A stretch of DNA of 64,000 nt. Source: Eledone cirrhosa. Its lineage: Eukaryota. This document shows positions 49,308 through 62,447 of this stretch, piece after piece. The notes beneath the pieces were generated by a model that was not told the DNA's origin, made no database searches, and was given only the letters and a program-made list of their open reading frames with translations. The position numbers and the translations under genes were made by a program. The stretch covers positions 36,208,001 to 36,272,000 of the forward strand of contig OZ024755.1 of the NCBI GenBank assembly GCA_964016885.1. Direction: 5' to 3'. How positions within the stretch are numbered: the stretch's first letter is position 1; the number at the start of each line of letters is the position of its first letter.

Positions 49308-51150
49308 AAACAACCAACTAAGGGAAAATGGTAAAATCTTAATACATTAACTCTTGGTACTAAACCACATGAAGCTACGCCTGCTTCTATGATATAAGGC
49401 TGTTTATTTTAAAGTGTTTATATTTATCTGAAAACCTTCCATCATAGTTAAGAACATTTGTTAAGTTATATTCCAAACACCAGATAAAAAAATCCAGGTG
49501 TTAATTATATTACCATATCTCTCCAAATTCTTGATCATTTGAGAATCATAATCAGTGTCTTCCAGTAGAAATATGGTAACAAAAGGATTAAGAAAATTAA
49601 TAGCTCTCATCCTACTTATATATACAATAATATACTAACAAATTCTATACCCAGACTACTAATCAACAATTGCAGATATACCTAATTGTCAGATTTAAAC
49701 AAATCAATACCTTAACCCTTTAGAGTTTAAACCAGCTGTATCCAGCCTGAATTCTCCCATCTCTTTCTGTTTTGATATTAAGGTATTTTTCTCAAAATAA
49801 ATAACATCAAAATCTCATAGATTCGATATGATGTGAGATAATAATGTTAGATAAAGCCTTTTCCACAAAAATACAATAGTAAATATAGAGTAATGCAAAT
49901 GTTAAAGGGTTAAACCAACAATTAAAATATGTTGTCTGAAATAAAGTGTCTTGCTCAAGGACAGAATGCACCTTCTTCTTCAGGAATTGAACTCACAGCA
50001 TTAGGGTTGTAATCCCAACACTCTAATTACTAAGCCATTAGCCTTCACACATACACACACCCACATGCACACATAGATACATACACACACAGTCACACAC
50101 ACACATACACACATACAAACACACACGTTTATAATTTTGAATATCTCACTTTAATCATTTTTATATAGGATACCATTAGTTAGTTAGTTGTATGATATTA
50201 TTTAATTAATATAATAATTAACAGTGATAATTAACTATAATAAACCAGCAGCTTGTCTGTAGAAGTTCTCTCTATATCTGTTACCTTATTTTAACTCCAT
50301 CTTATCTATATACTTTCTCTCAGTTCTATATTTCACATTCTACTGTGTCTTACTGTATTTCTAAAACTTCTTCAAAACAATCTTGTCTAATTCTAACAAT
50401 GGCCTCCAGTGAAAATTCCTTCACTAAATTCTCACTGAAATCCCTGGTCCTAGTTTTTCTTGCTACTGTTTTACATATGTCTGTATAGATATTGAACTCC
50501 TTCGTGATAATATTTGTAAGGAAATACACTGCACTGCTAGAAATTAATGAAACATTTTCAGTATTTTACTAAAATTAATAAATATTTCATTACTAAAAGT
50601 AGCAGAAAAACCACCCTTGGGGTGGTTTTCTGCTAGCATGTGTAGTGTGTATATTGATATCATATGCAGATATATATACATGTAGATATGATACGTCAAA
50701 TAAAATCATAATTGAGAATATGCACAGAAATTGAATGAAGACTGTGTTACACTGTCTCATTTAATCAGTAAAATAATCCATGATACATTTAAAAAAGATG
50801 ATATTATATATAAACTGCATTACAGCAAAATTTTATGAAAACGAAAAAGGAGAAAATTATCAACAGAAATATAAACATTACGATATAACAATGCAAATAT
50901 ATGAACGTTTGTACAAGCAATGTAATATGTGTTATAATATAACGGGTGTCAACCGGAAGTGTTGACATTTGAAAATTAAAAAAAAGTGAATCTTGAAATA
51001 AGCCATAAAATTATTTATATTTAATCAAGAGTTACAAAATTTAGTAGATAAATTATGTAATATTCATTCATTATTTATTCAAAGGGGTGGTGGATTGGCA
51101 GTATCGGTAGAGGGTTGGACGTCATGCTTTGATGCATGGAGTTACGGCCC
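49128..51150. repeat. Segmental duplication arm A' (inverted copy of 22314-24363)
   Basis: Reverse-complement match; includes the coding-like frame at about 50350-50565(-). Confidence 0.95.
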
Positions 51151-51372
51151 TTGCCATTCTGAGTTCAAATCCCGCCTAGGTTAACTTTGCCTTTCATCCT
51201 TACGGGGTCGATAAAATAAAGTACCAGTAATGTACTGGAATAATTGCTGGCCATGTGCCAAAAGTAGAAACAATTATTTATTCAAAGTAATCCAACTTAT
51301 TTTACAAATAGGATAAAAAATATATATTCAGGACACAGTCCCACACTCCTCCCTTTGTTATATTATTATAGT
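50600..51372 (-). mobile_element. Helitron family 2 copy with nested SINE
   Basis: Hairpin end at 50600, gtcccacactcctccc..ttatag end at about 51372; SINE at about 51085-51275. Confidence 0.7.
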
Positions 51373-52411
51373 AACTTAACAAAAAGTTCTTATATAAAAT
51401 AATTGTTTCTACTTTAGGCACAAGGCCAGCAATGACCCAGTACATTACTGGTACTTTATTTTCATATAAAATAATGTTGCAAGATACTAATCTAAATAGG
51501 AAACCTTTAAAACAGGTAATTTTGTTTCATAGAACCAAAGACTTTTGACAAGGTTGGTATGAAAAGGGTTAAAACTTCTCTTTCTCTCTCTCTCTCCCCT
51601 GGCATCTATCCCCTTTTTATAGCCATGCTGTAGTGAATCCCATTCTCAAAATTAGCAACTCCTCCTACTCTACTAACCTTACATATAATATTCCCATATT
51701 CCAAAACTTTGTTTTTCATTCCACAGGCTGTCCACAATTCATTCTCTTTACTTGGTAAGGTTGCCAGCTTAGCCACCAATAACCCAACCATGTGACAGAT
51801 TGTACTGGGTTACATGTTGCCAGGAGTACTAGAGATTAAGTTACAAACTCTCTATATAATGTTAAAGTAAGACCCACAATGAAATACTGTTCCCAGATTT
51901 CTGGGGCTGGTGCTGCTACTACACATATAGGACATCCTATACTGATCATCCTCGCTTCTAAGGTTACTCAACTGATAGGAACAGAATTGCTTGCCAACAT
52001 ACTTCAACCTTTAACACATATGTGTTCTCTCTTTGCCTCTTCTATCACTATAATTGTTTTTACTTTAGGCACAAGGCCAGCAATTTGAACGGGAGGGAAA
52101 AGTCAATTAAACCAACCTCAGTTCAATACATAGTGGAGGCATGTGGCCTAGTGGTAAGGATGTTGGACTTACAATCATAATGTTGTGGGTACAATTCCTG
52201 GGTTGCATATTGTGTTCTTGATCAAGACACTTCATTTCACGTTGCTCCCGTATACTTAGCTGTAAATGAGTACCAGCAATAGCTGGGGGCTTAACCCTGC
52301 AAAGTACTGGCGTCCTGTCCAGAGGTGAGTCTTGTACTCTCAGTCGCTTCATGCCATGAAACTGGAGTAAGCACTGGCCTAATGAACCTTCTGACAGAGT
52401 TTAGATTAGAG

Positions 52412-53016
52412 TACATTACTGATGCTTCATTTTATCGACCCCATAAGGTTGAAAGGCAAAGTTAACCTCAGCGGGATTTCAACTCAGAACGTAAAGGACC
52501 ATAACTCTATGCTGCAAAGCATATAATTGTTTCTACTTTTGGCACCAAGCCAGCAATTATCCCAATGCATTACTGGTACTTTATTTTATCGACCCCGTAA
52601 GGATGAAAGGCAAAGTTAACCTCGGCGGGATTTGAACTCAGAACGTAAAGGACCATAACTCTATGCTGCAAAGCATATAATTGTTTCTACTTTTGGCACC
52701 AGGCCAGCAATTATCCCAATGCATTACTGGTACTTTATTTTATCGACCCCGTAAGGATGAAAGGCAAAGTTAACCTCGGCGGGATTTGAACTCAGAACGT
52801 AAAGGACCATAACTCTATGCTGCAAAGCATATAATTGTTTCTACTTTTGGCACCAGGCCAGCAATTATCCCAATGCATTACTGGTACTTTATTTTATCGA
52901 CCCCGTAAGGATGAAAGGCAAAGTTAACCTCGGCGGGATTTGAACTCAGATCATAAAGGGAGGTAACTCTATGCTTCAAAGCATGGCACCCGACCCTCTA
53001 CCAATACTGCCAATCC
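52412..53016 (-). repeat. ~3.7 x 154-bp tandem of SINE body
   Basis: Units at 52523, 52677 and 52831; only the last retains the head. Confidence 0.9.
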
Positions 53017-53281
53017 AAAAGCATATAATGACCTCTGCTCAGTGGAGTGACTGGTCATGAGATACAGCCGGTTTGAACAACAAGAGGTGAGAGAATTCTG
53101 GCCGGATACAGCTGGTTTAAATACTAAAGGGTTAATCATGAAACAATTTGGACTGTAAAGGTTCAATTCAGTTCACAGCAAAATAGGGGCCAACCCTTTT
53201 ACATTGCATCATAAAAATACAATAATTATCATGATGATGAGATGAAGTTAATATCAACAAAAGTGTTTTCATTATACAGTA

Positions 53282-53510
53282 TTTGCCTTGGTGGTCAGGG
53301 TCACTGTGGCCTTTTACTGGGCTTTCTCCACAAATGTCCCTCCGAAGTCTCCCCCCTATTGGGGAATTTTTCATTGTTATTTTTTTGTTACATCCTCTGT
53401 TTTTGTTTTTTACATGCAGAAATGCCCATTTGTACCGTCCTGTATTGTCCTGCACTGTCCTTAATGTCTACTTTATGTAAACCCTTGTGGTTAATAAAGA
53501 AATCATTATA
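53282..53510 (+). mobile_element. Tx1-type LINE 3' UTR
   Basis: ttgccttggtggtcaggg...cccttgtggttaataaagaaatcattat resembles 63670-63890. Confidence 0.75.
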
Positions 53511-53907
53511 CAGTATTGTAACAGCTGATTTTGTAATCTGTTAAAAAAACATTACTACCCACTGTGACATTTAATTCATCTACAAATACACAATATAATT
53601 ATGACAGCTCGTCATCGAAACCCATTAGTTCTACAGTCAACAGCTAACGAAGCAAAAGATGTTTGCTGAAGAAACAACATTCTGTAATAGAGTGAGAGGG
53701 TTAAGATTAAGATTAATGCTAAAAGTAGTTGAGTGGACCTCAACAAATCTATTTGCAAAATACATGAAAGATAAATATGTCTACTTAAGCAGTTGAAATA
53801 GAGAAGAGATAAAATGTTTGACAGTTACTTCCTTCTTATTTACAGTGCTGTGTGCCTATATACATCATGTTTGAATGTTAGTTTGCCTGCTATCTCACTA
53901 CACCTCA

Positions 53908-54188
53908 CGAGAGAAGACTGCATTGGTATGGCCATGTGATGCGCATAGATGATGACCGTTGGGTGAAGAAGAGCCAAGTAATCCCAGGGGAAGGAAGATG
54001 CAGTAGAGGAAGACCACAGAAAACAAGGGGAGGTGGTGAGAGCTGACCTCAGATGCTGAAGCTCACGGAGGAAATGACGAAGTAGCGTGACAAATGGAAA
54101 GATGCTGTGCTGAAGAGGATCCATCCCACCCTTGCAAGCAGTGTATATGACGCAAAATGATGATGGTGGTGGTGATGATGGTGATGAT
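53908..54188 (+). mobile_element. RTE LINE 3' end
   Basis: RRLHWYGHVMRIDDDRWVKK.. plus tail. Confidence 0.85.
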
Positions 54189-54189
54189 C

Positions 54190-54352
54190 TAGAATAAGGA
54201 GCAGATATTGCAATAGTCTGGGGTTCAAAGACCCTCAACTCTTCAACAAGCTGCCAAGAAATTTGAGAGATCTGTGTGGTGTAGTCGTGAATAGGTTCAA
54301 GAAACATCTCGACACCTTGTCATCCAGGATCCTGGATGAGCCCACACCACAG
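54190..54352 (+). mobile_element. CR1-group LINE C-terminal fragment
   Basis: YCNSLGFKDPQLFNKLPRNLRDL..FKKHLD..DEPT. Confidence 0.75.
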
Positions 54353-55289
54353 TACAATTTTTGAACAGAAAGAGGTGAGAGAATTCTGGCCGGATACAGC
54401 CGGTTTATACGCTAAAGGGTTAATCATGAAACAATTTGGACTGTTAATAAAATCCACCCAGTACACTCTGTAACATGGTTGCTATTAGGAACGGCTTCAA
54501 GTCGTAGAATCCATATAAAAAAAGGGAGAGTGTTGAGCAGGATTGGTCCCCAACCCAACTTAGAGGACAGTAGCTCCAATTAAGTACTAACTTGGTCTGT
54601 AAAGAGATATCTAATCCATGCAAACATGAATTACAGAGGTAAAATGAGGAAGATGGTCACATCATCATCATCATCGTTTAACGTCTATCTTCGACGCTAG
54701 CATGGGTTAGACAAGTTTGTCCCATTTACAGGCAAGTTGGGTCGGGTGCCCGTGTCTCGCTCATATAGGACTCTGTTTCTGGCTGGTTTTCTATGGCTGG
54801 ATGCCCTTCCTAACGCCAACCACATTTAGAGAGTCTGCTGTGTGCTTTTTGCCATGTCTTTTACGCGACCACTGGATAGTGTGAACCAGGTGCTTTTTGT
54901 TGCGACACCTACATGACCACTTTACAGTGTGGGCTGGAGCTTTTGTGGTACCAACATAAAATATATATATATATATATATATAGTAGCTGCAGTACCCAG
55001 TAATACCCAGGAAAGGTGGAGTTATTCGCAGTTCCCAGAGTGCGCCTGAAAATGCTAGCGACCCTGGGTGCCCATACTGGATTTTCAATAGCAGCCTTTG
55101 GTAGGTGTGTTTATGGCAGATCAATTTTGTGTGTGGAACTAGCAATAGCTGTTTAAGTCATAAGTCCTTCTTCCATCTAGCTTTCTTCATTCAGAGGTGT
55201 ATAAGCCAGGGAAGTTTTAGCTCGAAGCGTATCAAACTTATGTATAAGAATAGCAAACTTACTGCCTTAGTGCTCAAGAACAAACACAG

Positions 55290-55356
<67 letters not shown>

Positions 55357-55359
<3 letters not shown>

Positions 55360-55833
55360 GTGGAACACTGGAAGGTAATATCCGGAGTGGTAGAGCACTC
55401 AGTCCAAGGGACGAGTTAGGTAGAACAGAAGTGGTTATACAACAGTTAGTTCACCATACCGAGAACAATTGTTCTAAAGAGATTACGCAATAGTGATTGC
55501 CTAAACACGAGAAGTGAATTTTTCACACGTTGTCCACACGTCACCAAACATCTATTGCATAACTACAAGGCTCTGGACTGATTCTTTGTAATTTTATTTT
55601 TAATTTTTTTAAATTTTATTTTCAACCTAAAAACTTTCCGGACTTTCGCAGTTATCTCCCTTACACCTCCCGCACGCAGTCTAGTACTGCCTGTATGAAG
55701 TGACCAAGTTTCTGCGCATGCGCATTCGTACAGTTGTCTTTCCTGTTCCTATAACCATACACATCCCGAGCTAAAGATCCGCGAAGGTGAAACAACTGTT
55801 CTCGGTATGGTCAACTAACTGTTGTGTAACCAC

Positions 55834-55837
<4 letters not shown>
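55357..55837. mobile_element. PLE terminal fragment with inverted arms, in (TA)n
   Basis: 55427-55473 inverted versus 55791-55837; TA arrays on both sides. Confidence 0.7.
55766..55805 (+). ncRNA. Minimal hammerhead, probably inactive (G5 to A)
   Basis: ccgag-CTAAAGA-t-cc-gcgaa-gg-t-GAAA-caactg-TT-ctcgg. Confidence 0.6.
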
Positions 55838-55891
<54 letters not shown>

Positions 55892-55893
<2 letters not shown>

Positions 55894-56080
55894 CGAAGGA
55901 AATGTGGTAAGGAACCAGGTGGACCATAACGCACCAAAGTACTCAATACTTAGAGTAGTAGAGTGGGTAATAGGAACGAGTAGGACCCCAACGGCTGAGC
56001 TCAAGCCGTTTCGACGGCTAATTCTGTCCAGAATTAGCCGTTGAAATGGCTTGAGCTCAGCCGTCGGGGTCCTACTCGTT

Positions 56081-56085
<5 letters not shown>
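55892..56085 (-). mobile_element. Fold-back PLE-like terminal element in (TA)n (same as 13063)
   Basis: Palindrome 55970-56085 with 57-bp arms. Confidence 0.65.
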
Positions 56086-56142
<57 letters not shown>

Positions 56143-56429
56143 TTTATGCATGCAATGTACATAAAGTTATAGTAGAAGGAATTTACTCAAGATGTTGCAC
56201 AGTGCGATTGAACGTGCAATGAGAGGGCTGCAAAGTATTATCAACCTCACATCCAAGCCTGCACCTCTATCAGTGTATGAACATAATCAGAATCATATAT
56301 ATTGTGTCCCAGGTGCAGGTGTTTCGATAACTGGAAGCTCTTCGTACAGCAAGCCAATTTATCAAATGTCACACAAGCTTTCGCTTTCTCCTTTTACCAC
56401 ATACACACACACAGGTATTTATCTATAAG

Positions 56430-56452
56430 CATATATATGCATATTATCATAC

Positions 56453-56529
<77 letters not shown>

Positions 56530-56568
56530 TATATATATATATATATATACAGTGGTGAACCTCAAACC

Positions 56569-56638
<70 letters not shown>

Positions 56639-56724
56639 ATAGAAAAACACATAAACATACATGCATATATAAGTGTGTATATGTGTATATATACATTATA
56701 TATATATGTGCACACATAGTCATA

Positions 56725-56772
<48 letters not shown>

Positions 56773-58081
56773 ATGTATGCACATGCGTGCGCACACACAC
56801 ACATATACATATATTTATATAAACATATCATTAGCAACAATAAAGGATATATATGTGTGTGTATATATATATATGTGTGTGTATATATTATATGTTTATG
56901 TGGTTGTATGTGTGCATGTACATATATAATGTATATACACATATACATAAGTACATCGGTGTATATCTGTGTGTGCGTGTGCATATATACATATATATGC
57001 TAATGTGTGTACACATATATAATATATATATACACATATATACTTATGTATGTTGGTGTGTGTCTGTGTGTTTACGCACAAGAGATATATATAATGGAGA
57101 GGGTAAACACACACACACATACACACACACGTACGCCTTTACACTTACACACACACTCACCTCCGCACGCTATCATCTACACATATCTATGCACACATAT
57201 ACAGACACAACTATGCACACATATACAGACCCACAACTACACACGCACACACCTACACACACACACACACACACACCTACACACACACACACACACACAT
57301 TGTACCTGTTAGAAGAGTCCTTTGTAAAACCGACAAACTGATTAACAAACTAAGGTCATAAATCAAAGAGAGCAAAATGCTCTTGATTGCATGTACGCAC
57401 ACACACATACACACAAACACATACACACACACACAACCAAACACACGTGTGTTCGCGCATGCATACACACACACACAAACACATAGACAAACACATGCAC
57501 ACACACACATATAAGCATATACACACAAACACATGCACACAAACACACGCACACAGATAAACATATACACACAAACACATGCACACACACATAAACACAA
57601 ATAAACATATACACACAAACACATGCACACAAACACACGCACACAGATAAACATATACACACAAACACATGCACACACACACACAGATAAACACACACAA
57701 ACACATGCACACACACATACACATAGATAAACATATACACACAAACACATGCACACACACGCACACACAGATAAACATATACACACACACAAACACATAC
57801 AAACACATGCACACACACACGGATAAACATATACACACAAACACATGCACACACACACACACACAGATAAACATATACACATAAACACATGCACACACAC
57901 ATACACACAGATAAACATATACACACAAACACATGCACACACACATAAACCCATACACATGCACATGCACACACACACACACACAGATAAACACACACAA
58001 ACACATGCACACACAGACACACACACAACCAAACACGTGCGCATTTGCAGACACATGCACACAAACACAGATAAACACATG

Positions 58082-58116
<35 letters not shown>

Positions 58117-58700
58117 CCAAACATGCATGCACACACATACACACACACAAATATATGCATACACAGATAAACACACAAACACACACACATGTGCATGCAC
58201 CTGCACACACACACGGACACATGCAAGGACAGAAAAACACACGCACACATGCAAGGACAAACAGACACACATATGTGCACACACGGGCGCACACACACAC
58301 ACATGCAGTGACAGATAAACACACACATGTGTACGCACATGCCCACACACACATATGTGCACACATGGGCCCGCCCACACACACACACACGCAGAGACAG
58401 ACAAACACACACACACACATGTGCACACACGGGCACACACACACACACATGCAGAGACAGATAAACACACACACGTGTACACACGTTCCCACACACACAC
58501 ATTTGTGCACACACACATGCAGAGACAGGCTAACACAGACACACACAGATGTGCACACACGGACACCCACACACACATGCAGAGACAGATAAACACACAC
58601 ACACACACACATGTGCGCACGTGCCCACACACACAGAAAACCACATACATAGCTAGAGAGAGAGAGAGCGAGAGAGAGAGAGAGAGAGAGAGTGTGTGTG
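56430..58700. repeat. (TA)n/(CA)n mosaic with higher-order CA-rich units
   Basis: Repeated cagataaacatatacacacaaacacatgcacac. Confidence 0.9.
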
Positions 58701-59414
58701 AAGCAGTAGTAGTAGTAGCAGAGTTGTGTTCAAGAATCCAGTACCAAGTGAACAGCTAGAACCTCACATCAACGTTGAGAGCACAAAAGTCATTAATCAT
58801 ATCAAAAACACATTCTGAAACAATATTCCGAGCAGATGCTAGAACCAATTATATTCAACATCTATGTACATGACAAAACTTTCCCAGTCACTTATTTATT
58901 CATAAGCAAACTTACTAAAATATTTAAATATTTCACTAACTTTTACTATTTATCTTTTGTTTTGTGTTTGTTTGTTTGTCTTTTGTATGTTTTTCTTTTT
59001 TGGGTGGCGGTGGGGGCGAGAGGGGGGGGGGTGTTTAACTTTAGATCATATATCTTTCCATATGTATCTTTGGATTCTATTCTGTGTTTCACAAAAGAAC
59101 AGGTGAGGCAAAAGTGTTATATATGTATACATATATGTATTTAACGAGACGCCAGGTGAGAGTGAGAGAGAGAGAGAAGAGATGACAATACTCAAACATA
59201 AATTGTCTTTAACTGGTTCCTCTTCACCACAACTTAACTTTTTCATAAAATACATATCTATCTATTTATCTATCCACCTATCCACCTAGCTAGCTAGATA
59301 GTTAGTTAGCTAGCTATTTCTAAGAAGCTGTAAAGAGAAAGCCATTTTATTTAACCTTCTATGTTCCTCTGTGAAATATTTGTTTTGTTTTCTCATCAAG
59401 CCCCCAACACAACG

Positions 59415-60090
59415 TCACCACTACCACTGTTGTTATCACCATTGCCACTGTTATCACCATTACCACTGTTGTTATCACCACTACCACTGTTATCACCGCT
59501 ACCACTGTTATCACCGCTACCACTGTTATCACCATTACCACTGTTATCACCACTACCACTGTTATCACCGCTACCACTGTTATCACCGCTACCACTGTTA
59601 TCACCGCTACCACTGTTATCACCACTACCACTGTTATCACCACTACCACTGTTATCACCATTACCACTGTTATCACCACTACCACTGTTATCACCACTAC
59701 CAATTGTTATCACCACTAACACTTATCACCACTACCACTGTTGTTATCACCACTACCACTGTTATCACCACTACCACTGTTGTTATCACCACTACCACTG
59801 TTATCACCACTACCACTGTTGTTATCACCACTACCACTGTTATCACCACTACCACTGTTGTTAACACCACTGCCGTTATCACCACTACCATGTTATCACC
59901 ACTACCACTGTTATCACCACTACCACTGTTATCACCACTACCACTTGTTATCACCACTACCACTGTTATCACCACTACCACTGCTATCACCACTACCACT
60001 GTTATCACCACTACCACTGTTATCACCACTACCACTTATCACTACTACCACTGTTGTTATCACCACTACCACTGTTGTTATCACCATCAC
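59415..60090. repeat. 18/21-bp minisatellite (tcaccactaccactgtta)n
   Basis: Directly visible. Confidence 0.95.
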
Positions 60091-60492
60091 TGATACTATC
60101 AGAGTATTCAGACCAATTATCATGTCTGTAATCTTTCTTTTATTGTTGTTGTTGACAAATTAATTCCTAATTAATCTTTTAAAATCCTCTTTCCCTGCTA
60201 ACAGGAAACAGTGAAATCTATTACATTTTAAATTCCAGTATATTAAAGAGCTACATTTAAATAAAACAACAAACATTCTTCAAATAAACAAATTTCTACC
60301 CATCCTCTCTAGAATATTTAAGACCAATATAACCATATCTAGCCGTGTAGGTTATATCTAATCTTGTTGTTGTTATATAAGGGATATAAGCCCTTGGACT
60401 TTGCCCTGTGAAGGGGAAAGTATAATATTTGGGCCTTTTGGCCCAAATATTTGAATATTTGAACATTTTACTTTTAAAAATAAAAAAAAAAC

Positions 60493-62411
60493 ATGGCTGA
60501 GCCACGCCGTAAAAGTTGAGAGGAGGGTCACAGAAATTAATACAACAAACACCACCACAAACAACGTGGACAAAGACAACAACACTGAGAACACTAATTT
60601 TTAAAAAATTACCACACCAACTACAACAATAACAGCGACAACTAAAATACAGACAACAGAAAAAAATGACAACAAATGCAACAACGATATTAACACCACT
60701 AACAAGAAAATAAACAACGACAACACCAACAGCAACAATACAAATTGCATCGAAAACAACAACAACGGTGGCACCAAAAACACAACCAACTACAACAGTG
60801 ATAACAGCAACAACACCAACAACACCGTTTGTAGCAGTAGCAACAACTACAGCACCAACAACAAGACCAGTAACAGCAGTAGTGGCAGCAATAATGGTGC
60901 CGCTGAAAAAGAGGCCACTTCTTTCGCAGGTGTGGCCTGAAATATAGAGACAGTGCTAGTCACGGAGGAGGAGATGGCAGTCGCAAGAGCCATGCTGACA
61001 AGAAACGACAATAGAATTTACCTGAAACCTCCACCCGATTTCTTCAAAGACCAGCAGCTGCGCACGGTGACTTACTGCACAGTAAGCAAAATGTCACATC
61101 GGGTGGAGAGAGCCACGGAGGCTCAAATCCAAAAGGCCCTGGGGTGTGTCTGGGCGCGCAAAACCCACATCACCCGAGGCAAAAAGTACTTTTTGGAGAC
61201 GTACTTTTCGCCACCCCCTAAGAGGCGAAGTTTCACTCTTTGGAAACCCTAAAGAGCGGGCAGAAAATTGTGAGGGTCAAAGTGACCCAGGTCCCGCCCG
61301 ACGTGCCCATACCTTGGCTGGCCACGTATGTACTTGCTGGAATCGAGGAAAAGACCACCATACTGCAAATACAGAGAATGGGAAGAGAGAACTGGTCAGG
61401 AAGAGGCATGCAAAGGCTAATACAAACAGACCAGGAGTGCATCGAGGCCTTCCCAGACATCATAGACCTCGAAGAAAGGCTCCAACTCCCCATAAGCGTG
61501 GAAGGAAGGTGCCCAAAGTGCTATCTTTGTGGGCAGAAGGGTCACCTCAGGGGATCTGCACGCAGAAGACAGCCAAGAAGAGGGCCCCCCTCCTTCCGAC
61601 GCCTGATCTGCTGCTACCAAGAGCAGGGCAGGCAACAGAGGCAGAAGACCCTTCCATGGTGAGTAGGAGGGCAACGTACATGGCACACATACCAACGCCA
61701 CGGACAACTAAAGCAACGGCAGCAGTGGCGGCAACACCAACAGTCGCAGTAGCTACACCGGCGGCAAAATCGCTGGAGCGGCTCCACTACCACCACCAAC
61801 AGCAGTGGAGTTCATACCCCTCCCAGACACCACGGATTCCGACATGGAGTATGAGGCGGGAGGGAAATGGCAAACAGTCTACCACAAAAAAGAAAAAAAG
61901 AAAAAACCCCTTAGCTTCACCATCCAAAAGCGAAGGTAGACAAAGAGGGGTAAAGGCTGCAAGGAGACTTGCAGCAGCACCACCACCTTCACCACCACAA
62001 GCATCACCCCCCAAAACAACCACACCACCACCACCAAAAACACCAACATCGCAGACACAACAAAACACACACACCCAACAACACAACAAGAAAACAGCAA
62101 CAAAATCACCCCTCCCGCCAAAATGTACACAGCCATAAACACGGCTTTTAAAGAACTACTACAACATATGAAGCAACACACAGACATCACAGAAAAAAAT
62201 ACTACACCTCACCAACTCCAAGAACTCTCCCGACAAAAACATCATTGAAATCAAAATAGAACATTACAAACTTTTAAAACAAAAATTCCCCAACGCAGTT
62301 GGAGACTTCAGAGGGTCGGTTACCAAGAGGATATACACCGACATCCTCTTGGAAATACCCATGACCAGACAAAGGGACGGTGCTACTGTCCCTTCAACAC
62401 GATCAAGGTAA
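60493..62411 (+). pseudogene. LINE ORF1 (gag-like, zinc knuckle), frameshifted
   Basis: Asn/Thr-rich N-terminus, VRVKVTQVPPDVPIPWL, VEGRCPKCYLCGQKGH. Confidence 0.8.
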
Positions 62412-62447
62412 GTGATCCTTTCTCACTTACCCCATTTCTCATCCAGT

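Noticed and set aside
55138-55185. Minus-strand hammerhead remnant
   Set aside because: Both core motifs and the stems carry several mismatches; too degenerate to call.
56257-56345. cctgcacct/aggtgcagg inverted repeat next to GAAA as a hammerhead
   Set aside because: No valid CUGANGA, NUH site or stem I could be assembled.
57277-60163. Metallothionein-, mucin- or His-rich-looking ORFs
   Set aside because: Simple CA-rich and 18-bp repeats open in all frames; no unique coding flanks.
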